The translations under genes were made by a program, and so were the position numbers. A stretch of DNA of 64,000 nucleotides from Octopus vulgaris (Eukaryota), in contig OX597818.1 in assembly GCA_951406725.2 (NCBI GenBank), forward strand, positions 145,142,001-145,206,000. The letters are read 5' to 3'. Every line of letters begins with the position of its first letter. Position 1 is the stretch's first letter. The notes beneath the pieces were generated by a model. The model saw only the letters and a list, made by a program, of their open reading frames with translations. It was not told where the DNA came from and did not search any database. Positions 1-10,854 of the stretch are shown in pieces.

Positions 1-199
1 ACAATAACATATCAATAAACGAGGCTAAAACTAAATATATAGACATGGAGATAACAATATCGCTGATGTGGAATACAGACACAACAGTCCTTAAAGTTAT
101 AAGAGAGTTTGAAGCAGTGAAGCGGAACACAGATCAGAAAATCGAAGAACTGCCGAGTAAAACTCTCCATGTGTGAAGTTCAGAAGCTATCGCTCATAA

Positions 200-1800
200 T
201 AAGTGTCCATATTCTGTGTAAAATACTATCAATAGAATTACAACAAAACTGCTCTGAGAGCCGCAGAAACATTGTAGTAGAATACGAGTGCAGTGAATAG
301 GAGTGGATTATATAAAACAAGAGCGATAACAATAAAGAAGATATGGTGTTTCCGAAAAACGATGAGATAGTCATAACTGGAACGCCTTCGAATGAGGATA
401 ATTTGGGTTACAATGACAATAAAATCGCAAAGAATGGATTGTGACAATGAAAGTTACCCTTATTGCTGTGTTGCCAATTCCACGTGACAAAAAAAAAAAG
501 GACTTCCATGTATTCCCGCCAATCTTGTCTAATCTGTATTTTTTTTTGTAGCATTTGATCATTCTCTTCCTTTTCTGTCTGCATTATTCTCAGCGGTCTT
601 GGTTCATCTCTTTTTCTGGTACCTCAGGTTATTCATTTTATTACATGAGGGATTTGCCGGATTCAGGCCCATGTCAATTTCTCTCCATTATTTGTTCTTC
701 TATATATGGTACTTCCGTTGTGTTTTGAACCACTTAATTTCTCTCAAAAGCATGTCATTTTATCTCCAAGACTTTTCGAACTACTTTATTTTCAAAGATT
801 CTAAACCCATTATCTAAACTTTGATTGTCTTGGCATAACTGCTCTTGACTCATCCTCTTAGACATTTCATTAAATTCAGTTTCTGAAAACCCATTTTTTT
901 CTATAAATGTTTCATATTTAAGCCTATTCGGTTCTTCTAGTGTATGCTCCTTTAATAATGCGGTTCTATCTGCTTGTTCGGTCTTCATAATTTTAGTTTC
1001 ATTGACGTTTATCTCTCAGCCTACAACTCTGCCTATTTTAGCAAGTTTGTTTGATGTTCCATTCTCAGTAAAACAATGTTGAAATCGATTTGTAATGCGT
1101 GAAGCTATAGATGAGTGCAAAGGAAGTATACCAGAAAGCAGTAAAACATGCTCGGGGTTAAAGAATGATAAAAAAAAAAAAAGACTGGAAATTAATTTCA
1201 GACGAAGCATAAGAAGTTATTAACGCACGGAAGGCACAAAAATGATGTGTTGAAAGTTTGGGAGAAAATAAGATGGAAATAGGTAAATATTGGAGTTTAA
1301 ACAAGGTGTTTAAGGACAGATAAAAGAAGATACCGAAAGTAATAACTGATGATGCAGATAAATTACATAAAATAGAGAAAGAGGAGAGGAGAAGAAAAGC
1401 TCATAAAATGAATGAGATCAAAGGCAGAGTAAAGAGATTAAAACGAGTACCTACGATTAGTAATGAAGAATAACTAATAACTTCTGATATAAACATCCAA
1501 GAATGACGGGTTAAAGTTATAAAAAAAAAGCATTCAGTGGGAGAAATAGTCTGGTAATTGCTGAGAGGCGAGAGAAGATTGAAGTGGCTGTATATGAAAT
1601 ATCTTTTGAATATTTAGCAAGGACTCTTGAGTAATTAAAAAAGGGAATGGTTTCTCGCTTAGATGAAAATGTAAGGGTATTCATAAAAGTAAATAAACAC
1701 TATAACAAAACCACGAAGACTAGAAGGTCGATGTACTGACTAGGATCCTCAAAGAGAAAGGATCTCAGTGAATATGTTAAATGGAAAGGAGTAACAATGA
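200..1800. mobile_element. Highly degraded LINE-like remnants (possibly rearranged)
   Basis: Purine-rich, coding-like composition with broken frames. The stretch at ~400-485 translates to IIWVTM...TLIAVLPIP, reminiscent of an APE endonuclease strand. No clear RT motif. Confidence 0.25.
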
Positions 1801-2793
1801 GCAGCATGATGTTGGAAGTGTTCAGTTTAGGTTCAGCTGGGGTTAAACACAACAACAATACTCAAAGCTTTTGTGAATTCACTGTGCGCTGCCTATCTCG
1901 AAACTTCCACGTTTTACCAACAACTCTTACCGTCTTCCATAACATCCCCACCACATTCCATCGTCTCCAATATTGTATCACTTCATCCACACTACGTACA
2001 AAGCATCCCTACCTAATCTTTTCCTCTCGATATCTTTCAACATCTGTAACTCCCTTTTTGCCAATTTCTGTCTCGCCTTCAGCCAGATGAGCTCCTCTGT
2101 GGCTAAGAAATTTGTTTCAAAACAATTACTTCGCGAAACTTTGTGTAAGCGTCATTTACAAATTTCATTCACAACTCGTTGGTTCCAAGTTGGGCAAATA
2201 ATTGTGAATAAAATTTAATTGATGGAAACTGTGTGGGACTTGTCGAAGGAAATGTGCCCATTCTAGGGTAAACAGACTTAATCCACTTCATGGTTTAACA
2301 TTCCCATCTCGATCATGGGAGTCTTTTACGCAGTCATTCTATGTAGCAGGTTTGAGAATAACCGCCCCCTCTTCTTTCTACAAGTCTCTGATGCTCTGGA
2401 AACTGTCATGGGATCTGTCATGGGAGGCGATTAAGAAAAACTTTCAAAATGTTCAAAAGAATATTAGCCGCATTGAGCTCATCCACTCATCTATTAAATC
2501 CCACTTACGAGGAACTGCTAAGGGATTTGCAGGTATTGATCGTTTAATCCAAACTTAAGACGAAGAAAAAGGTAAAAAGAAAAAGTATATATACAGTGTA
2601 GAAACATATATGCATATACGAACATACACACATATATGTATGTATATATGTATATGTATGTGTGTGTGTGTATGTGTGTGCGTGTTTGTGTGTGTGTCTA
2701 TATATATATATAAAGTTAATCCAAACAAGAAAAAAAAACACAACAAGGCAAGGACGTGGAACAAATAAAGTATTATTGGACGCTCAGGAAAGA

Positions 2794-3045
<252 letters not shown>

Positions 3046-3220
3046 GATTTCTTTTGGGAACATTGGATCCTGTTGCAGCACATTACATAACGCTATAAAT
3101 AATAGCCTGTAAAAACCCTTTTGGATAGATAATGTCGAAGCTGCCCGTGGGACTCTAATGTTCCAAAGAAGAAATATTTCACGTTCCCTGGAAAGTTTGT
3201 AAAAATTCTTATGACGTCAA

Positions 3221-3252
<32 letters not shown>

Positions 3253-3503
3253 TTATACACACACACGTACGTATATAAATATAGATATTTATATAAATAT
3301 GCACCATTTCGCACCCTGAGGTATGAAGTAAAACACACTCACGTATACACACACACGCATATATATGAACGCACTTCGATTGATACAAACACATAAATTT
3401 GTTACACAGCAGCAAGCACGCATAAATACACGCACAACGCACACAGGGACTACTCATATGAATAAGTGGACAAATCTCATTTAGATAAATATATACAAAT
3501 ACT

Positions 3504-4051
3504 GTGGAGGCGCGTGGCTTAGTGATTAGGGCGTTGGACTCTTGATCGTAAAATTATGGTTTCGATACCGTGATCGAGCGACGCGTTTTGCTCTTGAGCA
3601 AAACACTACGAAAGAGTCCAGAGGCTGGCTACCCGCATGGTTCATGGTCTCAAAAATTTGTCCTACGAAGAAAGGCTGAGGACGCTCGACCTTTGTTCTC
3701 TTGAAAAACGCCGCCGCCGTGGTGACCTCATTCTCGCCCACAACATCATAAGCGGGAAGTGTAACCTCTCGAAAGAGCTGTTCTTCACTCCTGCTCCGGA
3801 GCGTCGGCTGCGGGGTCACTCCAAAAAGCTCTATCTGCGACGATTTCATCTCAATCGAAGGAGAGGAGCTTTCTCCGTCCGGGTTGCGGATCCGTGGAAC
3901 AAGCTGCCAGACGAGATGGTGAAGATGCCGACGACCGCTTTGTTCAAAGCCTCCCTGGACCTCAAGTGGCCTGAACTCTTTACATGAACACCACCCTGTA
4001 CTTAACTCCATGTCCCCCTACATGGCCTTGCTATTTGCTTTTGAGCCAAAT

Positions 4052-4085
<34 letters not shown>

Positions 4086-4200
4086 CATTTCACGTTGCTC
4101 CAGTCCACTCAGCCGGCGAAAAGGAGTATTTCTTCGACAGACCGGAATGTATACGTCATGGAAACCGGACCTATGAATCTATATGATTCGGAAGAAACTT
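3504..4200 (+). mobile_element. tRNA-derived CORE-like SINE split by a CR1 insertion (SINE parts 3504-3609 and 4087-4200)
   Basis: Head GTGGAGGCGCGTGGCTTAGTGATTAGGG with B-box-like GGTTTCGATAC. The core CTTGAGCAAAACACTAC|ATTTCACGTTGCTCCAGTCCACTCAGC is contiguous in the copy at 47797. Confidence 0.85.
3610..4086 (+). mobile_element. 5'-truncated CR1-like LINE (ORF2 C-terminus, 3' UTR, (TAAC)n tail)
   Basis: Uninterrupted frame ERVQRLATRMVHGLKNLSYEERLRTLDLCSLEKRRRRGDLI...RGHSKKL...FSVRVADPWNKLP (3610-3987), typical of the CR1 ORF2 end. (TAAC)n tail at 4052-4085. Confidence 0.92.
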
Positions 4201-4488
4201 TAGTTTTTCTTTGTTTACACACCTACTTAAAAATACAGTAAAACGCATGAAAATATTGAAACATAGAAGTACACTTCAAAGTGGCCGCAGAAACTAGGTA
4301 CATAAATACACAAAGACATATCCGTGTGTATATTTAGCCTAGTTCCGAAATGAATCCTCTGAGGAGGGCCTTTTCTGCCGATTAGGATAATGATCGACAC
4401 AACCTGTTTCACTGATGATTAAAAATTCGTTAGCACGTCAGTTGTAAGTAGCGAACTACTCGAAACAATGTATTGAGTATACTGCAGC

Positions 4489-4559
<71 letters not shown>

Positions 4560-4953
4560 CTAGCAGTATCGCCCGGCGTTGCTCGGGTTTGTAAGGGAAA
4601 TAATTATATAAGCATTTTTAGAGATGTAAAGTATAATAGCCATCTCAATATGGCTAACCACAAAGGGGAGGGGTGTTACTGTAGCTTTTTACGTTCTGAG
4701 ATTTAATAATAAATTTTAGAGAGTTACTTCCCTTATATATGTCAAAAATGGATTAAAAATGGGAAAAATTGATGGTAAATTTTTTTTTAAATCGTAGACT
4801 CATCGTAGACGCGCGCTAATACCCAGACGGTCTCGATATGAATCACGACTATAAGATACCCGGTTTTGGTTAAACTGCACCGCAAAATGTGGGAGTAGTT
4901 AGGAATCTAAATCGTAGGAGACAGACACACAACCTCACTTTTATATATAAAGA
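4560..4953 (-). mobile_element. Non-autonomous Helitron
   Basis: On the minus strand it begins TC (TCTTTATATATAAAAG) and ends with hairpin CCCGAGCAACGCCGGG, a short spacer and CTAG. Inserted between A and T with no TSD. Confidence 0.85.
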
Positions 4954-5115
4954 TTTCCTCTATTTACATAATATTGAGGTCTCTTTCTTTCTTTTGTTAT
5001 CTTACTGTTTTTACCAATAGACATATATATATATATATAAATATATATATAGTTACAGAGATGTACTTGCATAGCAAGTGACTTGATCTGAGATCGTGTG
5101 CTGGAACGAAAACAG

Positions 5116-5374
5116 TTGCAGCGTTGAAGGTGTTTATAAGCCATTTAAGAAACACACAAAAACCGTTAGATTCACTTCAACATTTAAATTTAATTTGTCA
5201 AAATATTTTCGTCGCTTTGAGACCGCGACCTGTTAGCACGATATTTTTGTCAGTGAACAGGTCGCGGTCTCAAAGCGACGAAAATATTTTGGCAAATTAA
5301 ATTTAAATGTTGAAGTGAATGTAACGGTTTTTATGTGTTTCTTAAATGGCTTACAAACACCTTCCACGCTGCAA
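5116..5374. repeat. 119-bp-arm inverted repeat (Penelope-like pseudo-LTR foldback)
   Basis: 5116-5234 is the near-perfect reverse complement of 5256-5374, with a 21-nt spacer; ends in (TA)n. Confidence 0.9.
5246..5296 (+). ncRNA. Type I hammerhead ribozyme-like motif, G3-C8 core variant
   Basis: TTTGTCA-GTGAACA-G-GTCGC(GGTCTCAAA)GCGAC-GAA-AATATT-T-TGGCAAA: helix I 7 bp, helix II 5 bp, palindromic helix III. Confidence 0.6.
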
Positions 5375-5454
5375 TATATATATACACACATATATATATA
5401 TATGTATGTATGTATGTATGTGTGTATATGTGTATGCATGTATGTGTGTGTGTG

Positions 5455-5672
5455 TGCGTGTCTGTGCTTGTGATTGTCCTCCACCACTGCTTGACAACGA
5501 ATGTTGGTTTGTTTACATCCCTGTCACCTAGTGGTTTGACAAAGGAAACAGATAGAATAAGTACAATGCTTACAAAAATAAAACGAGTTGATTCATTAAA
5601 CTACAATTCTTCAAGGCATTGCCCCAACATGGCCACAGACCAATGGCTGGAAAAAGCAGAAGAATAAAAGAA
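5455..5672 (+). mobile_element. SINE 3' portion
   Basis: CCACCACTGCTTGACAAC...GATAGAATAAGTAC...CCCCAACATGGCCACAG, matching the 3' half of the SINE at 24763-25385. Confidence 0.7.
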
Positions 5673-5740
5673 TACATTCTCTGCTTTGGTCTTATGTTCA
5701 AGGCATGAGAAAGCTTGAGTTTACATGAGAAGGCCTAACA

Positions 5741-6110
5741 GACCTGGTAGAAACAGCAGCCAAATCTCCCTCAAATCACACCTTACTGTCTTATGTATGT
5801 ATATATATATGAGCCAATGAGGGGGACCTCTACATGGTAGCTAGACCTGGTAGAAATAGCAGCCAAATTTCCCCCAAATCACACCTTACTGTCTTATCTA
5901 TGTATATATGTATGTATGAGCCTATGAGGGAGACCCCTACATGGCAGCTAGACCTGGTAGAAATAGCAGCCAAATTTCCCCCAAATCACACCTTACTGTC
6001 TTATCTATGTATATATGTATGTATGAGCCTATGAGGAGACCCCTACATGGCAGCTAGACATGGTAGAAATAGCAGCCAAATCTCCCTCAAATCACACCTT
6101 ACTGTCTTAT
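5741..6110 (+). repeat. Tandem repeat, ~105-bp unit x3.5
   Basis: GAC(C/A)TGGTAGAAA(T/C)AGCAGCCAAAT...TCAAATCACACCTTACTGTCTTAT recurs at ~5741, 5844, 5951 and 6057. Confidence 0.92.
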
Positions 6111-6316
6111 CTTTCTGGTACTTGGATATAGGTGTTATATTCGTCGTAAAAAACTTTCCTGTCACACACTCACGCTCACGCACACACACACACACACACA
6201 CGCACCCTCACACACACACACACACGCACACCCACACACACCCACTCACACACACGCGCACACCCACACACACCCACTCACACACACGCACGTTAGCTTA
6301 CAATTTTATTTATATA

Positions 6317-6953
6317 CTAGCAGTATCGCCCGGCGTTGCTCGGGTTTGTAAGGGAAATAACTATATAAGCATTTTTAGAGAGTTATAGCCAAAAAATAGC
6401 AAAATATGCATTAAAAATGGAAAAAATATGATGGTAAATTTTTTTTAAATCGTTGACTCATCGTAGACATTTTTAGAGAGTTACTTCCCTTATATAATAG
6501 CGAAAAAATGCATTAAAATGGGGAAAAAAACGATGGTAAATTTTTTTTTAAATCGTAGACTCATGTAGACGCTTTCTTAGCCATTTCTGTTTTGGTGTCT
6601 TCAAGCCATGAAGTCGTTGTTCTAAAAGAACACTGGTCTCCTTGACAACGCATTACGACGTTGATTTCCTTACACTCCCTTCCCCACAGGTGCAGGTGTG
6701 AGCGTGGACGCCAACTCCGCCGCCATCGACACACGAAAAATTATGCATTAAAATGGAATAAAAAATGATGTTAAATTATTTTTAAAATCGTAGACTCATC
6801 GTAGACGCGCGCTAATATTCAGACGGGCTCGATATGAATCACGACTATAAGCTACCCGAATTTGGTTAAACTGTACCGCAAAATGTGGGAGTAGTTAGGA
6901 ATCTAAATCGAAGGGGACAGACACTCACACAACTACAGTTTTATATATATAGA
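6317..6953 (-). mobile_element. Non-autonomous Helitron, longer variant of the 4560 element
   Basis: Same CTAG/hairpin 3' end (CTAGCAGTATCGCCCGGCGTTGCTCGGG on +) and a TCTATATATATAAAA 5' end. Contains internal duplications and an extra segment. Confidence 0.85.
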
Positions 6954-7088
6954 TATACATAGCGCAGTAGTGGTGAGATATGACAGCAAAGAAAAGCATA
7001 CATTCACTCTCTGCATGCAATTAGACTCGGAAAGTTCGTGAGGAACCCATTGACCCAATTTGCTGACTTTTCCGATAGCACACAGGTG

Positions 7089-7345
7089 TCAATGAATGGT
7101 TGAATGACCAAATCCAAGCTTCTCTGCTAGTTCCTCAACAGTTACGATGATATTTTGTTCCACCAGGGTTTTCAGGATGTCCTTGTCGAGTTCTACAGAT
7201 CTTTCAGGATGAGGCTCGTCTTCTAGGCTGTAGTTTATGGCTCGGGATTTCTGGAACCACCATTGACACTGCCTTACGCTTATTGTCCAATCCCCATATA
7301 CTGCATTAATATTTCTTGTACTTTGCACACATTTATATTCTGTTA
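7089..7345 (-). mobile_element. mariner transposase N-terminal (HTH) remnant
   Basis: STRNINAVYGDWTISVRQCQWWFQK...SLEDEPHPERSVELDKDILKTLVEQN...TVEELAEKLGFGHSTIH resembles the mariner/SETMAR HTH region. Confidence 0.85.
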
Positions 7346-7872
7346 TTCTTTTATATGTTTCAGCCTTGAGGTTGTGGCCATGCTGGATCATGTGTGTGTG
7401 TGTGTGTGTGTGTCTATCTGTCTGTCTGTCTGTATGTATATATGTATATGTATGTGTGTGAACAATAATATTTTCAACAGATGTGTTGCAAATGTATCTG
7501 ATTGTTCTCAAGCTTCAATACTGTGTGTGTGTGTATGTGTGTGTGTGTGTATGTATGTATGTATATGTATGTATGTATGTATATGTATGTATGTATGTAT
7601 GTGTGTATGTATGTATGTGTGTGTGTATGTGTGTGTGTGTGTATGTGTGTGTGTGTGTTTGTGTGTGTATGTATGTATGTATGTATGTATGTATGTATGT
7701 ATGTATGTATGTATGTATGAGTGTATGTTTACTTTATTACTAATTACTCTCTTCCAAGAACATTTTCACTCACTCTTAGCTCTTAGCTTCCCATACATTT
7801 TACTCATGTATCTATCAGCGTCATAGACAGAATACTTTCACTTTAGTCTTCCTCAAATCACTCTGTCGCTAT

Positions 7873-8485
7873 TTACTTTCATTTTATTCGTTGCCCACTG
7901 TGTGTGTGCGTTTGCGTGTGGTGTAAACCAGACTAAGAAAAGCATTTGACACACACACCAGAATGTGAGTTTTCTGTAAATTTTGCTTAATTGGAGTTTA
8001 AATTTTAAAAACTGGACCTGGCATGACGCGATGCATTGTACTCTTAAAAATGCTAGGTAAATTGTAATTGAAGAAATCCTATATTGTAGATTTGTATAAC
8101 TCCCAAAGGGAGGCAGATAAAATCTGCCTTTTATAATAAGAGATTTGCGTGTCTATGTGTGGAAAGAGGAAGTGGGAGGCAGAGTGAAAGAATCACTCAC
8201 TACAGTAAGTTAATTACTTTCATTTTATTCGTTGCCCACTGTGTGTGTGCGTTTGCGTGTGCTGTAAACCAGACTAAGAAAAGCATTTGACACACACACC
8301 AGAATGTGAGTTTTCTGTAAATTTTGCTTAATTGGAGTTTAAATTTTAAAAACTGGACCTGGCATGACGCGATGCATTGTACTCTTAAAAATGCAAGGTA
8401 AATTGTAATTGAAGAAATCCTATATTGTAGATTTGTATAACTCCCAAAGGGAGGCAGATAAAATCTGCCTTTTATAATAAGAGAT
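7873..8485. repeat. 272-bp direct duplication (7873-8144 and 8214-8485) ending in a Helitron-like 5' terminus
   Basis: Two copies with only about two substitutions seen by eye. Both end TTTTATAATAAGAGAT, which reads A|TCTCTTATTATAAAA on the minus strand. Confidence 0.9.
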
Positions 8486-8610
8486 ATAAGTTATATATAT
8501 ATATATTGCACACAAGACACAAAACCTCAGAGTAATTTCTGGAAAATTTTCAGCTCCAAAAATTATACATACATCACTACATCACGCACACACACACGCA
8601 CACATATATG

Positions 8611-8690
<80 letters not shown>

Positions 8691-9177
8691 TGTATGTATG
8701 TATGTATGTATGTATGTGTGTATATATGTGTGTGTTTGAGGATATCATTGCCGTTTTCCCATGAATGCAAGGTATGTATTGCATACCTAAGACAACAAAA
8801 TAATTGTGGTGTGTGAAATGTGTAATTTGTTTTGAACTAAGTTTTTTTAACTAAGTTTCTCTCCGTTACTTAGCCCGTCTGAAACGTTTTCACGTAATTA
8901 GTTGAAGAGAAAGACGAAAAGAGAAAGAAAAAGGAAAAAGAAAAAGAGGGTAAAGCGAAACGTGAGAGAGAAAGAGGGAGTGTGCTGTGTATTAAGTCTA
9001 TAAAATTGTGCATAAAGTATATAAAGTGCATTAAGTAATCATCGTATTGCAATTTCCTTCACATTTCAGTGGTTGGCAGATGAACGAATATCTTTTGATA
9101 CGGACACAACACAGGCTACCCTTTCAGATTTTTGGGATAAAGTTTTCAGAAATAACCCTCTAAGTTAACCATGAATT

Positions 9178-9204
9178 CCGTGAAATATTCACGGGTCCCG
9201 CTAG
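9178..9204 (+). mobile_element. Helitron 3' terminus (5' end not located)
   Basis: Hairpin CCGTGAA-ATA-TTCACGG followed by GTCCCG-CTAG|T. Confidence 0.7.
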
Positions 9205-9893
9205 TTTTTCATTGCTCTTTATTTTCTGCGTATCACTAGAAATATAGTAATCTATATTCTGATAGTGCCACTATCGGAAAATCTTTATGAAAAGTACGGA
9301 TTGCTTGTTTTAGTCCGTGAATACAAGATTGAGGGATGCAGCAATTCATTCAGATAAAAGTAACTGTTTTCCATGATGACTTTCTTAAAAAAGAAGATTG
9401 AGCTAAATATGTTGGAATTGTGTTAGAATTGTGTTCCTGAAATAAAGTTCATTTGGTTTCGCGTGGTGAGTTAAAATACTGACAGAATAAAGATACGGCA
9501 AATTAGTGTATCGTTCAGATTAAACTTGTCTCGTATTAAAGCTAAGCTAGACAAAAGTTGGCAAAGATCGATTCCATAGTTTGTTAGCTGCAACTGAAAT
9601 TTAGACAAAAAGAAAAACTGGACATCTTGCTTGGCTGGGTTATCGAGGAAAAAAATGCATAAACCTTGTTTATCTCCGTTTTTAGTGCTTTTGAGTGTCT
9701 GAGAGACTGCTTTCTTTTTGGCTCACTAACGCCTGAAGAACCGCGAATACCACATCTTCCTCCAGTTCCACACACACATATATAATAGTATTTTATAAGC
9801 TTGAAGCTTATAAGCGACCACTGCGCAATGACTAAAGGAAATAGTTTAATAATGGGGCATATAAGCCCTCAACGGAAAAAAAAAGTAGCTCTG

Positions 9894-9965
9894 TCGTACG
9901 TGTGGGACTCGAACCCACACTTCTTTGTTTTCTCGACGAGAATGCTATCATTACACTAGCGCACA
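9894..9965 (-). ncRNA. tRNA-like sequence, copy 1
   Basis: TGTGCGC-TA-GTGT-AATGATA-GCAT...GTGGG-TTCGAGT-CCCAC with A and B boxes and a downstream T run. Anticodon loop CGAGAAA lacks U33. Confidence 0.6.
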
Positions 9966-10249
9966 ACCTGCTTTATTTAGTCAGATTTAAGAACTATAAT
10001 TAGTTCGTAGTGTTGTTTTTGTAAACAAACTTACATGTGCCTTTACTGGTTTTTGTTAAGCAGCGTCAGTTTTTACAATTCTGTAAATAATAATAATAGT
10101 ATTTTATAGGCTTGAAGCTTACTAGCGATCACCGTGCCATGACTAAAGAAAATAGTCTAATAATGGGGCATATAAGCACATTAAGGTTTGTTTACAAAAC
10201 AACACTACGAACTAATTATAGTTCTTAAATCTGACGGAATGAAGTAGGC

Positions 10250-10507
10250 TGTGCGCTGGTGTAATGGTAGCATTGTCGCCGAATGCTTAACGATATTTCG
10301 TCTGTCTTTATGTTCTGAGTTCAAATTCCGCCCAGATCGGCTTTGCCTTTCAGCCTTTCGGGGTCAGTAAATTAAGTACCAGTTGCGTACTGGGGGTTAA
10401 TCTAAGTGGCTGGTCCCCTCACCCAGAATTTTGGGCCTTGTGCTTAGAGTAGAAAAGATTCTTGTCGCGAAAACAAAGAGGTGTGGGTTCGAGTCCCACG
10501 CGCACAG
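10250..10507 (+). ncRNA. tRNA-like sequence, copy 2, interrupted by a SINE
   Basis: Perfect 7-bp acceptor stem TGTGCGC/GCGCACA, D arm, T arm GTGGG-TTCGAGT-CCCAC, and T6 at 10518-10523. Confidence 0.6.
10275..10457 (+). mobile_element. 5'-truncated Nin-domain-like SINE
   Basis: GTTCTGAGTTCAAATTCCGCC...TTTGCCTTTCAGCCTTTCGGGGTC...AAGTACCAGTT, matching the copies at 15594 and 41988. Confidence 0.85.
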
Positions 10508-10608
10508 GAAAACCTACTTTTTTCCGTTGAGGGCTTATATGCCCCATTGTTAGACTATTTTCTTTAATCATTGCGTGGTAATCGCTTATAAGCTTTAAGA
10601 GTATAAAA

Positions 10609-10657
<49 letters not shown>

Positions 10658-10782
10658 TACAGAATTGTAAAAATTGACGCTGCTTAGCAAAAACCATCGC
10701 AGTAAAAGAACATGAAAATTTGTTTACAAAAACAACACTACGAACTAATTATAGTTCTTAAATCTGACGGAATGAAGCAAGT

Positions 10783-10854
10783 TGTAAGCTAGTATAATGG
10801 TAGCATTCTTGTCACGAAAACAAAGAAGTATGGGTTCGAGTCCCACGCATACGG
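10783..10854 (+). ncRNA. tRNA-like sequence, copy 3
   Basis: TAGTATAATGGTAGCA A box, GGTTCGAGTCCC B box, loop CACGAAA, and T6 at 10865-10870. Confidence 0.55.

Noticed and set aside
1800-2560. Possible RT-like remnant (FVRSVDEV on the minus strand)
   Set aside because: The motif is too weak and the frames too broken to assign.
3526-4011. 161-aa minus-strand ORF
   Set aside because: Antisense shadow of the CR1 ORF2 fragment.
5741-6110. CRISPR-like periodicity
   Set aside because: Whole units repeat with no unique spacers, the context is eukaryotic, and no cas genes are present.
10250-10854. Functional tRNA-Ser(CGA) genes
   Set aside because: No U33, no long variable arm, a mismatched anticodon stem, and one copy is interrupted by a SINE.
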